This document shows, piece after piece, positions 25,867-34,767 of a DNA stretch of 45,864 bases; position 1 is the stretch's first letter, and every line of letters starts with the position of its first letter. The position numbers and the translations under genes were made by a program. The notes under the pieces were generated by a model. It saw nothing but the letters and a program-made list of their open reading frames with translations. It was not told the DNA's origin and did not search any database. Source of the DNA: Chloroflexia bacterium (GTDB taxonomy: Bacteria; Chloroflexota; Chloroflexia; QHBQ01; JADMIH01); NCBI GenBank assembly GCA_045805005.1, contig JBJMMB010000531.1, forward strand, positions 1 through 45,864. The letters are read 5' to 3'.

Positions 25867-28674
25867 CTAGCACTCCGCGCTGGCCCCCTCCACCGGGTGG
25901 CCGCCCGCGAGCGGCTTATCCTCCAGGGCATAGTCAGCGGCCTCGTCAAGGCTCATGGTCCGGCCTTGCGCCCAGGCGGCCTCGAAGGCCTCCCGGCCCA
26001 ACTGGCCAAGTGTGGCCTCGCGGGCGCGTTCGAAGCGGGCCTGGTCAGCCATGCCCAGGCGCACGCCTGCCGACTCCAGCAGTCCCTCCGCGGCCCCCAG
26101 TAGCCTGGCGGCTCGGTCCGCCAGGTCCTGTGCGCAGGCCACCTCCGCCAACCCCACGAAGCAGACGGCCACCCCCTGCTTGTTTCCCAGCTCGCGGCGC
26201 ATCGACAGGCTCTCCTCCAACAGCTTCCGGGCCTCGTCATACCGCCCCTCACGCTCGGCCACATACCCGAGCATCGACAGGGCGAAGGCCGCGCCTACCG
26301 TGTTGCCCAGCTCGCGGAACAGCTCCAGACTCTCCTCGATTGACGGCGCTGCCTGCTCGTGGTCCCCCTGGCCCAGCACCGCCTCTCCCAGGCCGGCGAG
26401 CGCCATAGCCCGGTACGGCTTGTTCGCCGCGTCCTCCTGCGCCAGCAAACTCTCTTCATAGAGAGCGCGGGCTGTCGCGTAGTCCCCCTGGCCGGTGGCC
26501 GAGCTGCCCATCGCGAGCAGCGCGTGGCTGAGCTTGTGCCCGTCGCCCGACCCTCGCCAGATGGCAAGGTTCTCCTCGAAGTGCCCACGGGCCGCCTTGT
26601 AATCCCCCTGCAAGTAAGCCAGCCTCCCCGCCACCAGGAGCGCGCCCGCACGGGCCTCGGTGGCCTGGGCGCCCCGGGCCGAGGGCCGCGAGAGCAGCAC
26701 CGCCAGCCGCTCGCGCCCCTCGGTGGCGTAGCCGCGGGTTTGCCAGAACCAGAGGAGCGCGCCCGCGATGCGTAGGCCCAGCTCGGCCTCACCCTCCGTG
26801 GTCTGGCTCCAGTCGAGGGCCGCCCTGATGTTGCCGTGCTCGGCCTCCAGCTTGCGGAACCACATCGCCTGATCGGGCCCACTCAACATCGGCTCGGCCT
26901 CCTCAACCAGGGCCAGGTAGTATTCCGCGTGCGCCCTTCGGGTTCCGGCCTCCTCGTTGCTCTCAGCCAGGCGGCTGAGCCCGTACTCGCGGATGACCTC
27001 AAGCATGCCAAAGCGTCCCTCGCCCTCTGCTTCCTCCTGGCCCTCCTGGCCACCGTCCTCGTTCCCTCGCAGCTGGCGCAGCAGGCTGTTGTCGGTGAGG
27101 GCCCCTACCCCTTCCAGCACATCGACGTCCGGCATAGCGAGCCCAAGCTCAACGCCGGCGGTGCATACCACCTCCGCCGCCTCCAGCGAAAAGCCTCCCA
27201 CGAACACCGACAGCCTGCGGAAGATCGTCTGCCCGCCCTCATCGAGCAGGTCGAAGCTCCACTCGATCGTGCTGCGCAGCGTCTGCTGCCTGGCGGGCAA
27301 ATCTCGTGCTCCGCCGGTGAGCAGCTTGAGGCGGCTCCCCAGCCTGCCCAGCATGGCCTCCGGGGGTAGCAGCTTGATGCGGGCGGCTGCCAGCTCGATT
27401 GCCAGGGGCAAACCGTCCAGGCTGTAGCAAATCTCGGCCACGGCTGCCGCGTTCTGCCGGGTCAACTCGAACTCGGGCTTGACCATACGCGCCCGCTGGA
27501 TGAAGAGCGTCACGGCCTCATAGCTGGCCAGCACTTCAAAGGGCGGGAGGGGCTTGGGTCTGGGCATGCTCAGCGGGGGCACGGGGTACTCGTTCTCGCC
27601 CCGCAGGTGCAACACCGCCCGGCTCGTCGCCAGCACCTTGAGCATCGGGGCCGCGGCCATCAGCGAGGCGACCAACGGGGCCGCGTCCACCACCTGCTCG
27701 AAGTTGTCGAGCAGCAGCAGGATGCGCTTGTCCTGCAAATATTCCTTCAGGCTATCCACCAGGGGGCGGCCCCCGCTCTCGCGAACGCCCAGGGTGGTCG
27801 CTATTTGCGCCACCACCAGGCCCGGCTCCGCGATAATCGCCAGGTCGATGAAGAAGACCCCATCCTGGAACTCGTCGCTCAGCTCGGCCCCCACCTGCAA
27901 GGCCAGCCGCGTCTTGCCCATGCCGCCTGGCCCAAGCAGCGTCACCAGTCGCACGTCCTCGCGCAGCAGCAGCCCGCGCACCTCCACCACCTCGGCGGCG
28001 CGGCCCACGAAGGGGGTCCATTGCGCGGGCAGGTTGTTAGGGCGGGCATCGAGGCTCTTGAGCGGCGGGAAGTCGGCCTGTAGGTCGGGCGCCACCACCT
28101 GGTAGACGTGCTCCATCTCCTGCAGATCTTTCAGGCGGTGCTTCCCCAGGTCGCGCAGGCTCACGTCGGGCGAGATGGAGGGGAGGGCGTCGCGCACCAG
28201 GTCGTAGGTGGCCTGGGAGAGGAGGGTCTGCGACCCGTAGCCTGTAGCGAGGAGCCGGGCGATGCGGTTGAGGGGCGTGCCAACGTAGTCGCCGCCGCGC
28301 ACCTCGCCGTGGCCGGTGTGCAGGGCCATGCGCACTCGCACGTCGAGGCCCAGCGAGGGGGGCACGGGCGAGTCGGACCTGAAGTAGCGGCTCCAGTCCT
28401 CGGCCTCCAGGGCGCGCTGGGCCGCCAGGGCCCCGGCCAGGGCCTCACGTGCCGATACGAAGACCGCGCAGAAGGCGTCGCCCATCGTCCTGAAGACCAC
28501 CCCGCCGTGGGCTTCGATGGCCTCGCGCATGATCTCGTCGTGGCGCTCAACGGCGGCCTTCATCGACCGCGGGTCCAACTCCCAGCGCCTGGTGCTACTC
28601 TCGATATCCGTGTAGAGGAAGGTGACCGTCCCCGTAGGTAAAGCCTTCCCCGAACGCGTCGATGGACCGGCCAA
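25867..28674 (-). CDS. Class III adenylate/guanylate cyclase + STAND NTPase + TPR protein
   Basis: VTFLYTDIESST, MGDAF, RMALHTG, NRIARL; Walker A GPGGMGKT; LLLDNFEQ; GLPLAIELAAAR; TPRs; no C-terminal HTH; AGGAGG before the TTG. Confidence 0.93.
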   Translation of the reverse strand: MAGPSTRSGKALPTGTVTFLYTDIESSTRRWELDPRSMKAAVERHDEIMREAIEAHGGVVFRTMGDAFCAVFVSAREALAGALAAQRALEAEDWSRYFRSDSPVPPSLGLDVRVRMALHTGHGEVRGGDYVGTPLNRIARLLATGYGSQTLLSQATYDLVRDALPSISPDVSLRDLGKHRLKDLQEMEHVYQVVAPDLQADFPPLKSLDARPNNLPAQWTPFVGRAAEVVEVRGLLLREDVRLVTLLGPGGMGKTRLALQVGAELSDEFQDGVFFIDLAIIAEPGLVVAQIATTLGVRESGGRPLVDSLKEYLQDKRILLLLDNFEQVVDAAPLVASLMAAAPMLKVLATSRAVLHLRGENEYPVPPLSMPRPKPLPPFEVLASYEAVTLFIQRARMVKPEFELTRQNAAAVAEICYSLDGLPLAIELAAARIKLLPPEAMLGRLGSRLKLLTGGARDLPARQQTLRSTIEWSFDLLDEGGQTIFRRLSVFVGGFSLEAAEVVCTAGVELGLAMPDVDVLEGVGALTDNSLLRQLRGNEDGGQEGQEEAEGEGRFGMLEVIREYGLSRLAESNEEAGTRRAHAEYYLALVEEAEPMLSGPDQAMWFRKLEAEHGNIRAALDWSQTTEGEAELGLRIAGALLWFWQTRGYATEGRERLAVLLSRPSARGAQATEARAGALLVAGRLAYLQGDYKAARGHFEENLAIWRGSGDGHKLSHALLAMGSSATGQGDYATARALYEESLLAQEDAANKPYRAMALAGLGEAVLGQGDHEQAAPSIEESLELFRELGNTVGAAFALSMLGYVAEREGRYDEARKLLEESLSMRRELGNKQGVAVCFVGLAEVACAQDLADRAARLLGAAEGLLESAGVRLGMADQARFERAREATLGQLGREAFEAAWAQGRTMSLDEAADYALEDKPLAGGHPVEGASAEC

Positions 28675-28844
28675 ACAACTCCTCCTGGTCCGGAAAGCAG
28701 TAAGCAGTAAGCGGTACGCGCCCGCCCAAAAGGCACGAGCACACTCCCATTATATCACCCCGCCCGGTGGCAAGGAAGCACGATTAAAAACCTGTAGGAA
28801 TGCCCGGCCAACTCACTTCCATCCCGAACCAACCAACTTTACCT

Positions 28845-29051
28845 GTAGGGCATGAGCGAAGCGCGGGCAGCGCAGCGGACGACCCCCGTTGCCTGCCCTC
28901 TGCGTGTACCACCCAACATCCGGGTAAACCACCCAACCCCACCGTAGGGGCGGGCCCCCGTTGCCTGCCCTGGTCGTGTACCACCAAAGCCGGGGTTGGG
29001 ATAAAGGGCAGGCAGCACGGGGTCCCTTCTGGGGCTGGGGCCTGCCCCTAC
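28845..29051. repeat. GTAG-type REP cluster; REPIN at 28944-29051 is a sister copy of 36350-36438
   Basis: GTAGGGGCGGGCCCCCGTTGCCTGCCCT-ggtcgtgtaccaccaa..gttgggataa-AGGGCAGGCA..GGGGCCTGCCCCTAC, plus an interrupted half-copy upstream. Confidence 0.88.
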
Positions 29052-29099
29052 AAGCACGTCTTCTTGACCCTGGTCCGGATCCTTACTCTCCAAGCTCAC

Positions 29100-29128
29100 T
29101 TGACATCACCCTTTAACAGTGGGACAAT
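29100..29128 (+). promoter_or_regulatory. Putative sigma70 promoter for the ABC1 kinase gene
   Basis: TTGACA, 17-bp spacer, GACAAT. Confidence 0.5.
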
Positions 29129-29251
29129 CGACAGCGGACTAATCTGTTCCCGCTGCCTGTTCGTATGCTTTTTCGGCGGATTGAAGCCACACGACTTCTG
29201 AAGACCCAATGCCTTCTATCCAGGGGCTAGTTTTCCTATCTATAGGGGGAG

Positions 29252-30946
29252 ATGATGGCAATCACAACCAACCATAGGGCCACGACCAACCATAGAATCG
29301 GAACCAACAACATGAACAGGCGCGTAACCCTGGGCTCCTCGGCGAGGAGCCTCCTGAGCAGCCGGTTCTCCAGGCACCCCGAGCGTTACAGGGAGATACT
29401 CGGCGTCCTGAACAAGTATGACCTGATGGAGGTCGTTGCCGAGCTGGGGCTCGTCCATAAGCATGAAGAGGAAGACGAGAGCGTCAGCAGCCTGCTGGCC
29501 GAGCGCGACGAGCACGAGCTGCGCCACGCGCAGGACCTCGCCAAAGCGCTCGAGGAGCTTGGGCCGTGCTTCATCAAGCTGGGCCAGGTCCTGAGCACCC
29601 GTCCCGACATCCTACCCCCCGCCTACATCGAAGCCCTGGCCCGACTGCAGGACACCATCACCCCAGTGCCCGCCGACAAGATCGAGCACATCATCACGAC
29701 CGAGTTGGGAGCCTCGGTCTCCAAGCTATTCAAGGCGTTCGATCCCAAGCCGCTGGGCACCGCCTCCATGGCCCAGGTGCATCAGGCGGTCCTCCAGGAC
29801 GGCACCGACGTGGTGATCAAGGTGCAGAAGCCGGGCGTGCGCAAGCGCGTTGAGATCGACATGGAGATCATGCACGAGGTGGCGCGCTTCGCCACCCGCC
29901 ACTCCTCCTTCGGGGCCCGCTACGGCCTCGACCCGATGGTGAGCGAGTTGGAGCAGAGCCTCAACCAGGAGCTCGACTTCCGCCAGGAGGCCGAGAACAC
30001 CCGCCTCATCACCGGCCAGTTGGCCGAGTTCACCACCCTAACCATGCCGAAGGTCTATCCCGACCTCACCACCAGGCGGGTGATTACTCTCGGCTTCGTC
30101 AAAGGCCGCCACCTGCCCGAGCTGACCCACGACGAGATCGCGGCCCTGGATGGGGAGGCAATCGCCAAAGACCTGCTGTCGGCCTACCTGAAGCAGATCG
30201 TCATCGACGGCATCTTCCACTGCGACCCTCACCCCGGCAACATCTACATAACCGAGGACGGCCGCCTGGCGCTGATGGACTTCGGTATGGTGGGCCGCTT
30301 CGACTCGGGCCAGAAGGACAGCATCATCCGCCTGCTGCTGGCCTTCGCCGAGCGCCAGGGCGACCGCGTGACCGATACCTACCTCGATATGGTGGAGATA
30401 CCCAGGGGTTTCGACCGCCGCGGCTTCACGCAGGAGGTGCGGGGCCTGGTGAGCCGCTACCACGATATGAGCGGTGGGCGCATGGCTCTGGGATCGGCCC
30501 TGCTCGACCTGACCCGCCTGGCCCAGACGTACAGCATGCCCGTGCCCAGCGCCATGACCCTGGTCGGCAAGGCCATGCTCAACCTCGACGGCACCATCTC
30601 TGTCCTCTCCCCCGATCTCGACCCCGTCCAGTTGATCCGCGACTACATGATCAACGTCATGGAGAAGCGCGTCTCCGCCCAGCTATCCCCCGGCCGCACG
30701 TTCGCCTGGGTGATCGACATGAAGCACCTGGTCGAGAACGCCCCCCGCCGCACCGAGATGATCCTCGACAAGCTCGCCAACGACCAACTCACGGTCCACC
30801 TTGAGGTAAACGGCCTCGAAGAAGCCACCAAGCGCATCAGCGGCGCAGCCAACCGCCTCTCCGTCAGCATGCTGCTAGGCTCCATCGCCATCGGCGGCGG
30901 CTACGTGCTGGGGGCCCTACTCAACCAGAAGAACCAGCGGCGCTAG
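29252..30946 (+). CDS. ABC1/AarF/UbiB family atypical kinase
   Basis: LEELGPCFIKLGQVLSTRPD, ASMAQVH, IKVQKP, ELDFRQEA, FHCDPHPGN, DFGMVG; C-terminal TM helix. Confidence 0.95.
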   Translation: MMAITTNHRATTNHRIGTNNMNRRVTLGSSARSLLSSRFSRHPERYREILGVLNKYDLMEVVAELGLVHKHEEEDESVSSLLAERDEHELRHAQDLAKALEELGPCFIKLGQVLSTRPDILPPAYIEALARLQDTITPVPADKIEHIITTELGASVSKLFKAFDPKPLGTASMAQVHQAVLQDGTDVVIKVQKPGVRKRVEIDMEIMHEVARFATRHSSFGARYGLDPMVSELEQSLNQELDFRQEAENTRLITGQLAEFTTLTMPKVYPDLTTRRVITLGFVKGRHLPELTHDEIAALDGEAIAKDLLSAYLKQIVIDGIFHCDPHPGNIYITEDGRLALMDFGMVGRFDSGQKDSIIRLLLAFAERQGDRVTDTYLDMVEIPRGFDRRGFTQEVRGLVSRYHDMSGGRMALGSALLDLTRLAQTYSMPVPSAMTLVGKAMLNLDGTISVLSPDLDPVQLIRDYMINVMEKRVSAQLSPGRTFAWVIDMKHLVENAPRRTEMILDKLANDQLTVHLEVNGLEEATKRISGAANRLSVSMLLGSIAIGGGYVLGALLNQKNQRR

Positions 30947-30959
30947 ACAGATAAACAGT

Positions 30960-31004
30960 GTTCTAACCAAAATCGGCCGCTTAGCGGCCGATTTTGGTTA
31001 GAAC
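30960..31004. terminator. Perfect 22-bp palindrome between the convergent ABC1 and surE genes
   Basis: GTTCTAACCAAAATCGGCCGCT-t-AGCGGCCGATTTTGGTTAGAAC; T-runs on both strands; overlaps the surE stop. Confidence 0.75.
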
Positions 31005-31759
31005 TTCAAATTCCCCAATAACTCCCACACGTCCTCCCTAAAGGACGTGAGGTCCATGTGGATGGGCGTGATCGACACGTAGCCGTCCTCGACCGCCGTG
31101 GCATCGGTGCCGTCCTCGCGGCGGGCGGTGGGGGGCTCGGAGTCGCCTATCCAGTAATAATTGCGCCCGCGGGGGTCGGCGCGCGTGATCAGCTTGTCGC
31201 TGTAGATGCGCTTGCCCAGTCGCGTGATCTTCACCCCCTTGATCTGCTCCTCGGGGATGTTGGGCACGTTGACATTCAGGAGGATGTCGTTCGCCAGTCC
31301 GTGCTCCTGTATCTGCTCCACCAGGCGCTTGATGAAACTGGCGCCTACCTCCACCGGCCACTCCGGCCGCGTGTTCATCGACACCGCTATTGCGGGTATC
31401 TCCGACACAATTGCTTCCATCGCCGCAGCCACGGTTCCCGAGTAAGTGATGTCGCCCCCCAGGTTGTTGCCGCTGTTGATGCCCGAGATGACCAACTCGG
31501 GCGTGTAGCCCAGCAGCCCCAGCGCGGCCAGCGCCACGCAATCGGAGGGCGTGCCGTCCGAGGCGTAGGCAAGCGACCCATCGCGCAGCTTGACCTCGCT
31601 CACCCGCAAGGGCCTGTCCATTGTCTTATTGTGCCCCGAGATCGACCAGTTGCGGTCAGGGGCCACCACCGCCACCTCGTGCACCGGCGAAAGAGCCTCC
31701 CACAGCGCGAATAGCCCCTCCGACGTGACCCCGTCGTCGTTCGTAAGCAGTATTTTCAT
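30998..31759 (-). CDS. surE: 5'/3'-nucleotidase SurE
   Basis: MKILLTNDDG, GTPSDCV, SGINSGNNLG, YSGTVAAAME, LNVNVP. Confidence 0.97.
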   Translation of the reverse strand: MKILLTNDDGVTSEGLFALWEALSPVHEVAVVAPDRNWSISGHNKTMDRPLRVSEVKLRDGSLAYASDGTPSDCVALAALGLLGYTPELVISGINSGNNLGGDITYSGTVAAAMEAIVSEIPAIAVSMNTRPEWPVEVGASFIKRLVEQIQEHGLANDILLNVNVPNIPEEQIKGVKITRLGKRIYSDKLITRADPRGRNYYWIGDSEPPTARREDGTDATAVEDGYVSITPIHMDLTSFREDVWELLGNLKF

Positions 31760-31918
31760 GCTCGTTGGGCACGAGTTCGTGCGCGAGCATGGAGTTTTCC
31801 CGCGGAGGGTCGCGGCCGCGGTTCGTGAGGAGATAGTATGCTCATACCTCCAGTTTATCACAAACCGAGAACTCGCGGCGCAACCTCCGCGGACTGAGTT
31901 TCACCTGGGGCCGGCCAC

Positions 31919-33733
31919 TTACTCCAACTCCAGGAACTGCCGGCCCACGGGGCCAAAGCGGGCCGGGCCGTTTGCTCCCCGCTCCATCTTCACGTTCTCG
32001 AAGTACTGGACGGTCAGGTTAGTGCCTGCTTCCTGTGCCTCGCCCGTGAGCGGGAAGCCACACACCCCGAGACCGAACCGCTCGAAGAGGCGCCTGAACT
32101 TCCCGCCCACCTGTGAGGTGATGCCGGGCACGTTGAAGGATAAGGTGTCCCCCTGGGGTTGCGTGCCGGGCGGCACCTCGGCCTTCTCCACGTACATGCG
32201 GCCCACCGCCCCGAACCGGGGCTGAATTCCGGGCTTCCACTCCATCCTGATGTTCTCGAAGTACTGCACCGTCAGGTCGCCTTCCTCGTGGTTTTCGGTC
32301 TGCTCGCCCGTGAGCACCGCGCCGCAGACGAAATGTCCGAGGTGCGGCTTCAGCCAGAGGGTCCTGAACCCCCTGGTGACGCTTTGACCTCCAGGGAACG
32401 TGAGGGTGGTCCCATCGTCCTGCACCCCCGCGGGCAGCGGCTTGTGCAGGAACCTGGTCAGGGTGATAGGGGCGCTCACCTCCCAGTGGTTCACCGGGTG
32501 CACCCTCCGGCCATCCGGCGAGAAGTTTTGCTCCATCACCACGATATTGCCGTTGCCGTTGGCGTCAACGTTCGACTCGATGCACACCGATGTGTGGCCG
32601 ATAGTGGTCACCGGGCCGTAGCTGAGCACGTCGCCCGGCACGGGCGCGGGCGGGAACGAGCCGTTGGGGATCTTCTCCAGCTTCACGCCGTCGAAATTTG
32701 TGGAGTAATTTTGCACTATTCCGCTGCCATTGGCTGAGTAGGTCGGAATGCCGTAGGCCATGTAGAGGAACCGCAGCGATATCTCCACGCATTCCCATTC
32801 CAATGCTCCGTGATCGCCGGGGAGGAAGTTAGCCCGCACGTCTGGGCTGTGCTCGAATGAGGGCCGCGGGCCGCACGTTACCATCCCCAGGAACTCGGTG
32901 CCCAGAGGGCGGGACGCGCGGTTCCCGGAGCCGGCGCGGTAGTTCCCCAGATCGCACACGTCATCGTTCCACCAAGGCGGGGACGGCAGCACATCGGGTA
33001 TGAGGGTCGCCACCGCGGCGGCGCGCGCCGCGGCCTCCGGCGGCTCTTCCTCCTCGCTGTCGGCCGGTAAGGTAGTCGGCTCGTCCAGGGTACCGCTGCT
33101 CAGCGACAGGCCGGCGAGCGAGTCGAGGAACGGGGCCGCGGCCTCCAGACTTTGTGTTCCGGCAGGCATTTCGGCGCTCGCCCGCAAGATCCACATGCGC
33201 TGGCCCGCTTCCGCCACCCATTCAACCACGACCACAGGCTTGGGCGCGTCCTCGTCCAATGGCACGTCTGACAAGGTCACGTGCCCGGCCACCTCCTCGC
33301 CGAACAGATTAGCCACCGGCCCTTGCTCCATGGTGCGGGTGCCATAGCCGGCGTCCTTTGTGTTGCCGGCGTCCCGGCGGCCCTGCGTCTGCGATCCGTC
33401 ATCACCGCCCTCCCTGGCCCTCGCATCGCTCAACGCCGCGCGCACGTGGCCCGCCTTCCCTGATCCGGCCACGGGCACGGCCTCGGTTACCGGCCTGGTG
33501 CCAAAAGGCACCGCCATCATGGATAGCTCCCGAAATGGCTGGAAGGCATGCGTTGTAGCCACCTGGGTGCTGTCGCCCGGCTCGGAGGTTGTAAACCGTT
33601 TGCCGGGAAGGAAAGCCGTTTCGATTTGCACTTCAACCCGGTCCACGGTGAAATGCGTCCTCTGCATGCCCGCGTGGGCGTTCGATGCCATAGCTGCCGG
33701 CACTTTGGCCGGTGGGCGCTTCTTGGTCTTCAT
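31919..33733 (-). CDS. CHAP-domain amidase/endopeptidase with an unknown N-terminal domain and two C-terminal 'QYFE' repeats; no signal peptide
   Basis: WECVE (catalytic Cys), PGDVLSY...GHTSV (His), VMEQN; LTGEQ..LTVQYFEN.RME twice; AAGGAG RBS. Confidence 0.82.
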   Translation of the reverse strand: MKTKKRPPAKVPAAMASNAHAGMQRTHFTVDRVEVQIETAFLPGKRFTTSEPGDSTQVATTHAFQPFRELSMMAVPFGTRPVTEAVPVAGSGKAGHVRAALSDARAREGGDDGSQTQGRRDAGNTKDAGYGTRTMEQGPVANLFGEEVAGHVTLSDVPLDEDAPKPVVVVEWVAEAGQRMWILRASAEMPAGTQSLEAAAPFLDSLAGLSLSSGTLDEPTTLPADSEEEEPPEAAARAAAVATLIPDVLPSPPWWNDDVCDLGNYRAGSGNRASRPLGTEFLGMVTCGPRPSFEHSPDVRANFLPGDHGALEWECVEISLRFLYMAYGIPTYSANGSGIVQNYSTNFDGVKLEKIPNGSFPPAPVPGDVLSYGPVTTIGHTSVCIESNVDANGNGNIVVMEQNFSPDGRRVHPVNHWEVSAPITLTRFLHKPLPAGVQDDGTTLTFPGGQSVTRGFRTLWLKPHLGHFVCGAVLTGEQTENHEEGDLTVQYFENIRMEWKPGIQPRFGAVGRMYVEKAEVPPGTQPQGDTLSFNVPGITSQVGGKFRRLFERFGLGVCGFPLTGEAQEAGTNLTVQYFENVKMERGANGPARFGPVGRQFLELE

Positions 33734-33791
33734 ACTCTTCTCCTTGGCCGGCGCGGCATAAGGGCGGCCTGCCCTGCCATGCGCCTATAGC

Positions 33792-34553
33792 CTACAAACC
33801 GGCGAATTTCTTCAGGTTGGCGAGCGAACCGTTGAAGCGGTCCCGGTCCACCTTGCCGCTGACCCCCTGCACCGAGCCCGCGTCGGTGAACTGCCAGAAC
33901 GTCCATACGGGCCAGCCGCCCGGCACCTTCGGCTGGGGAGCGTTAGTGTAGTGGGCGATCCAGAGTGGATATTTCTTACTGAACTGGGTGCTATTGCTGG
34001 TAGCCGTTTGCCAGAAGCTTGGGCCCGTGTAAATAATGGGGTCCCGATTCAGCACGCTCTTCACTCGATCTATCCACTGCTGTACGCCATCCAAGAGGTG
34101 CGCCGGGCCCACACCGTCGGTCACCTCTATGTCGATCATCGGCTGCAAATCCCCTGGGTTGAGCTGCTCCACCTGCGATATGAAATGGTTCGCCTGCTGC
34201 ACCGGGTCGAGCGAGGGCCTGAAGAAGTGATAAGCCCCACGCAGTATGTTGGCCTGCTTCATACGCGCCCAGTTGTTGGCGAACTGCGGGTCCACGAAGC
34301 TGGTCCCCTCGCTCGCCTTGGCGAACGCGAAGGCGATTTCCGCCTGGGCCACTCCCGTCCAATTGATGATTCCCTGGTGCCCGGATACGTCGATCCCCGC
34401 CGGGAATGTGGTCGCGCCTGCCCGCGCCGCCGCTTGTGGCTGCATGGCTTCCGCGTCTGTGTCACCTTCGATGTATCCCGCGCGGGGGTCCGGAATGGTA
34501 TCGATCTCCACCTCATCTGCCGAAGTGCCGTGACGCTGCTTGTCTGTTGCCAT
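33792..34553 (-). CDS. GH25 lysozyme (muramidase); no signal peptide
   Basis: GIDVSGHQG, KASEG, GAYHFF, IDIE, LWIAHY, WQFT, VDRD; GAGGAGG RBS. Confidence 0.95.
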   Translation of the reverse strand: MATDKQRHGTSADEVEIDTIPDPRAGYIEGDTDAEAMQPQAAARAGATTFPAGIDVSGHQGIINWTGVAQAEIAFAFAKASEGTSFVDPQFANNWARMKQANILRGAYHFFRPSLDPVQQANHFISQVEQLNPGDLQPMIDIEVTDGVGPAHLLDGVQQWIDRVKSVLNRDPIIYTGPSFWQTATSNSTQFSKKYPLWIAHYTNAPQPKVPGGWPVWTFWQFTDAGSVQGVSGKVDRDRFNGSLANLKKFAGL

Positions 34554-34767
34554 GGAAAGGTCCTCCTCGCTGGTTGAATGTACCTATTGGCTTGCTGTCA
34601 CCGGCGCTGCTCTACTTATTATGACGGAGGCGTGAGGATCGAAAAGCGGCGCTATTCATAAAGAACACGCCGCAATCATAGCAAACCGGTGCGGGTCGCG
34701 CATCGGCAAAACTACCTAATTTTGGTTTTGCGCATTACTTAAATTCTCGATCACCAATTACCTGAAT

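Noticed and set aside
20690-28674. STAND NTPases as Avs-type antiphage systems
   Set aside because: Their N-termini are wHTH-BTAD and class III cyclase domains typical of regulatory STANDs; there is no nuclease, TIR or SIR2 effector and no defence-island context.
31800-31892. 6S RNA or riboswitch upstream of surE
   Set aside because: The stem spans only ~93 nt, has one-sided bulges rather than a central bubble, and shows no recognisable aptamer consensus.
31919-34553. Prophage lysis cassette
   Set aside because: No holin, structural, terminase or integrase genes; flanked by housekeeping surE and cysS; host-like codon usage.
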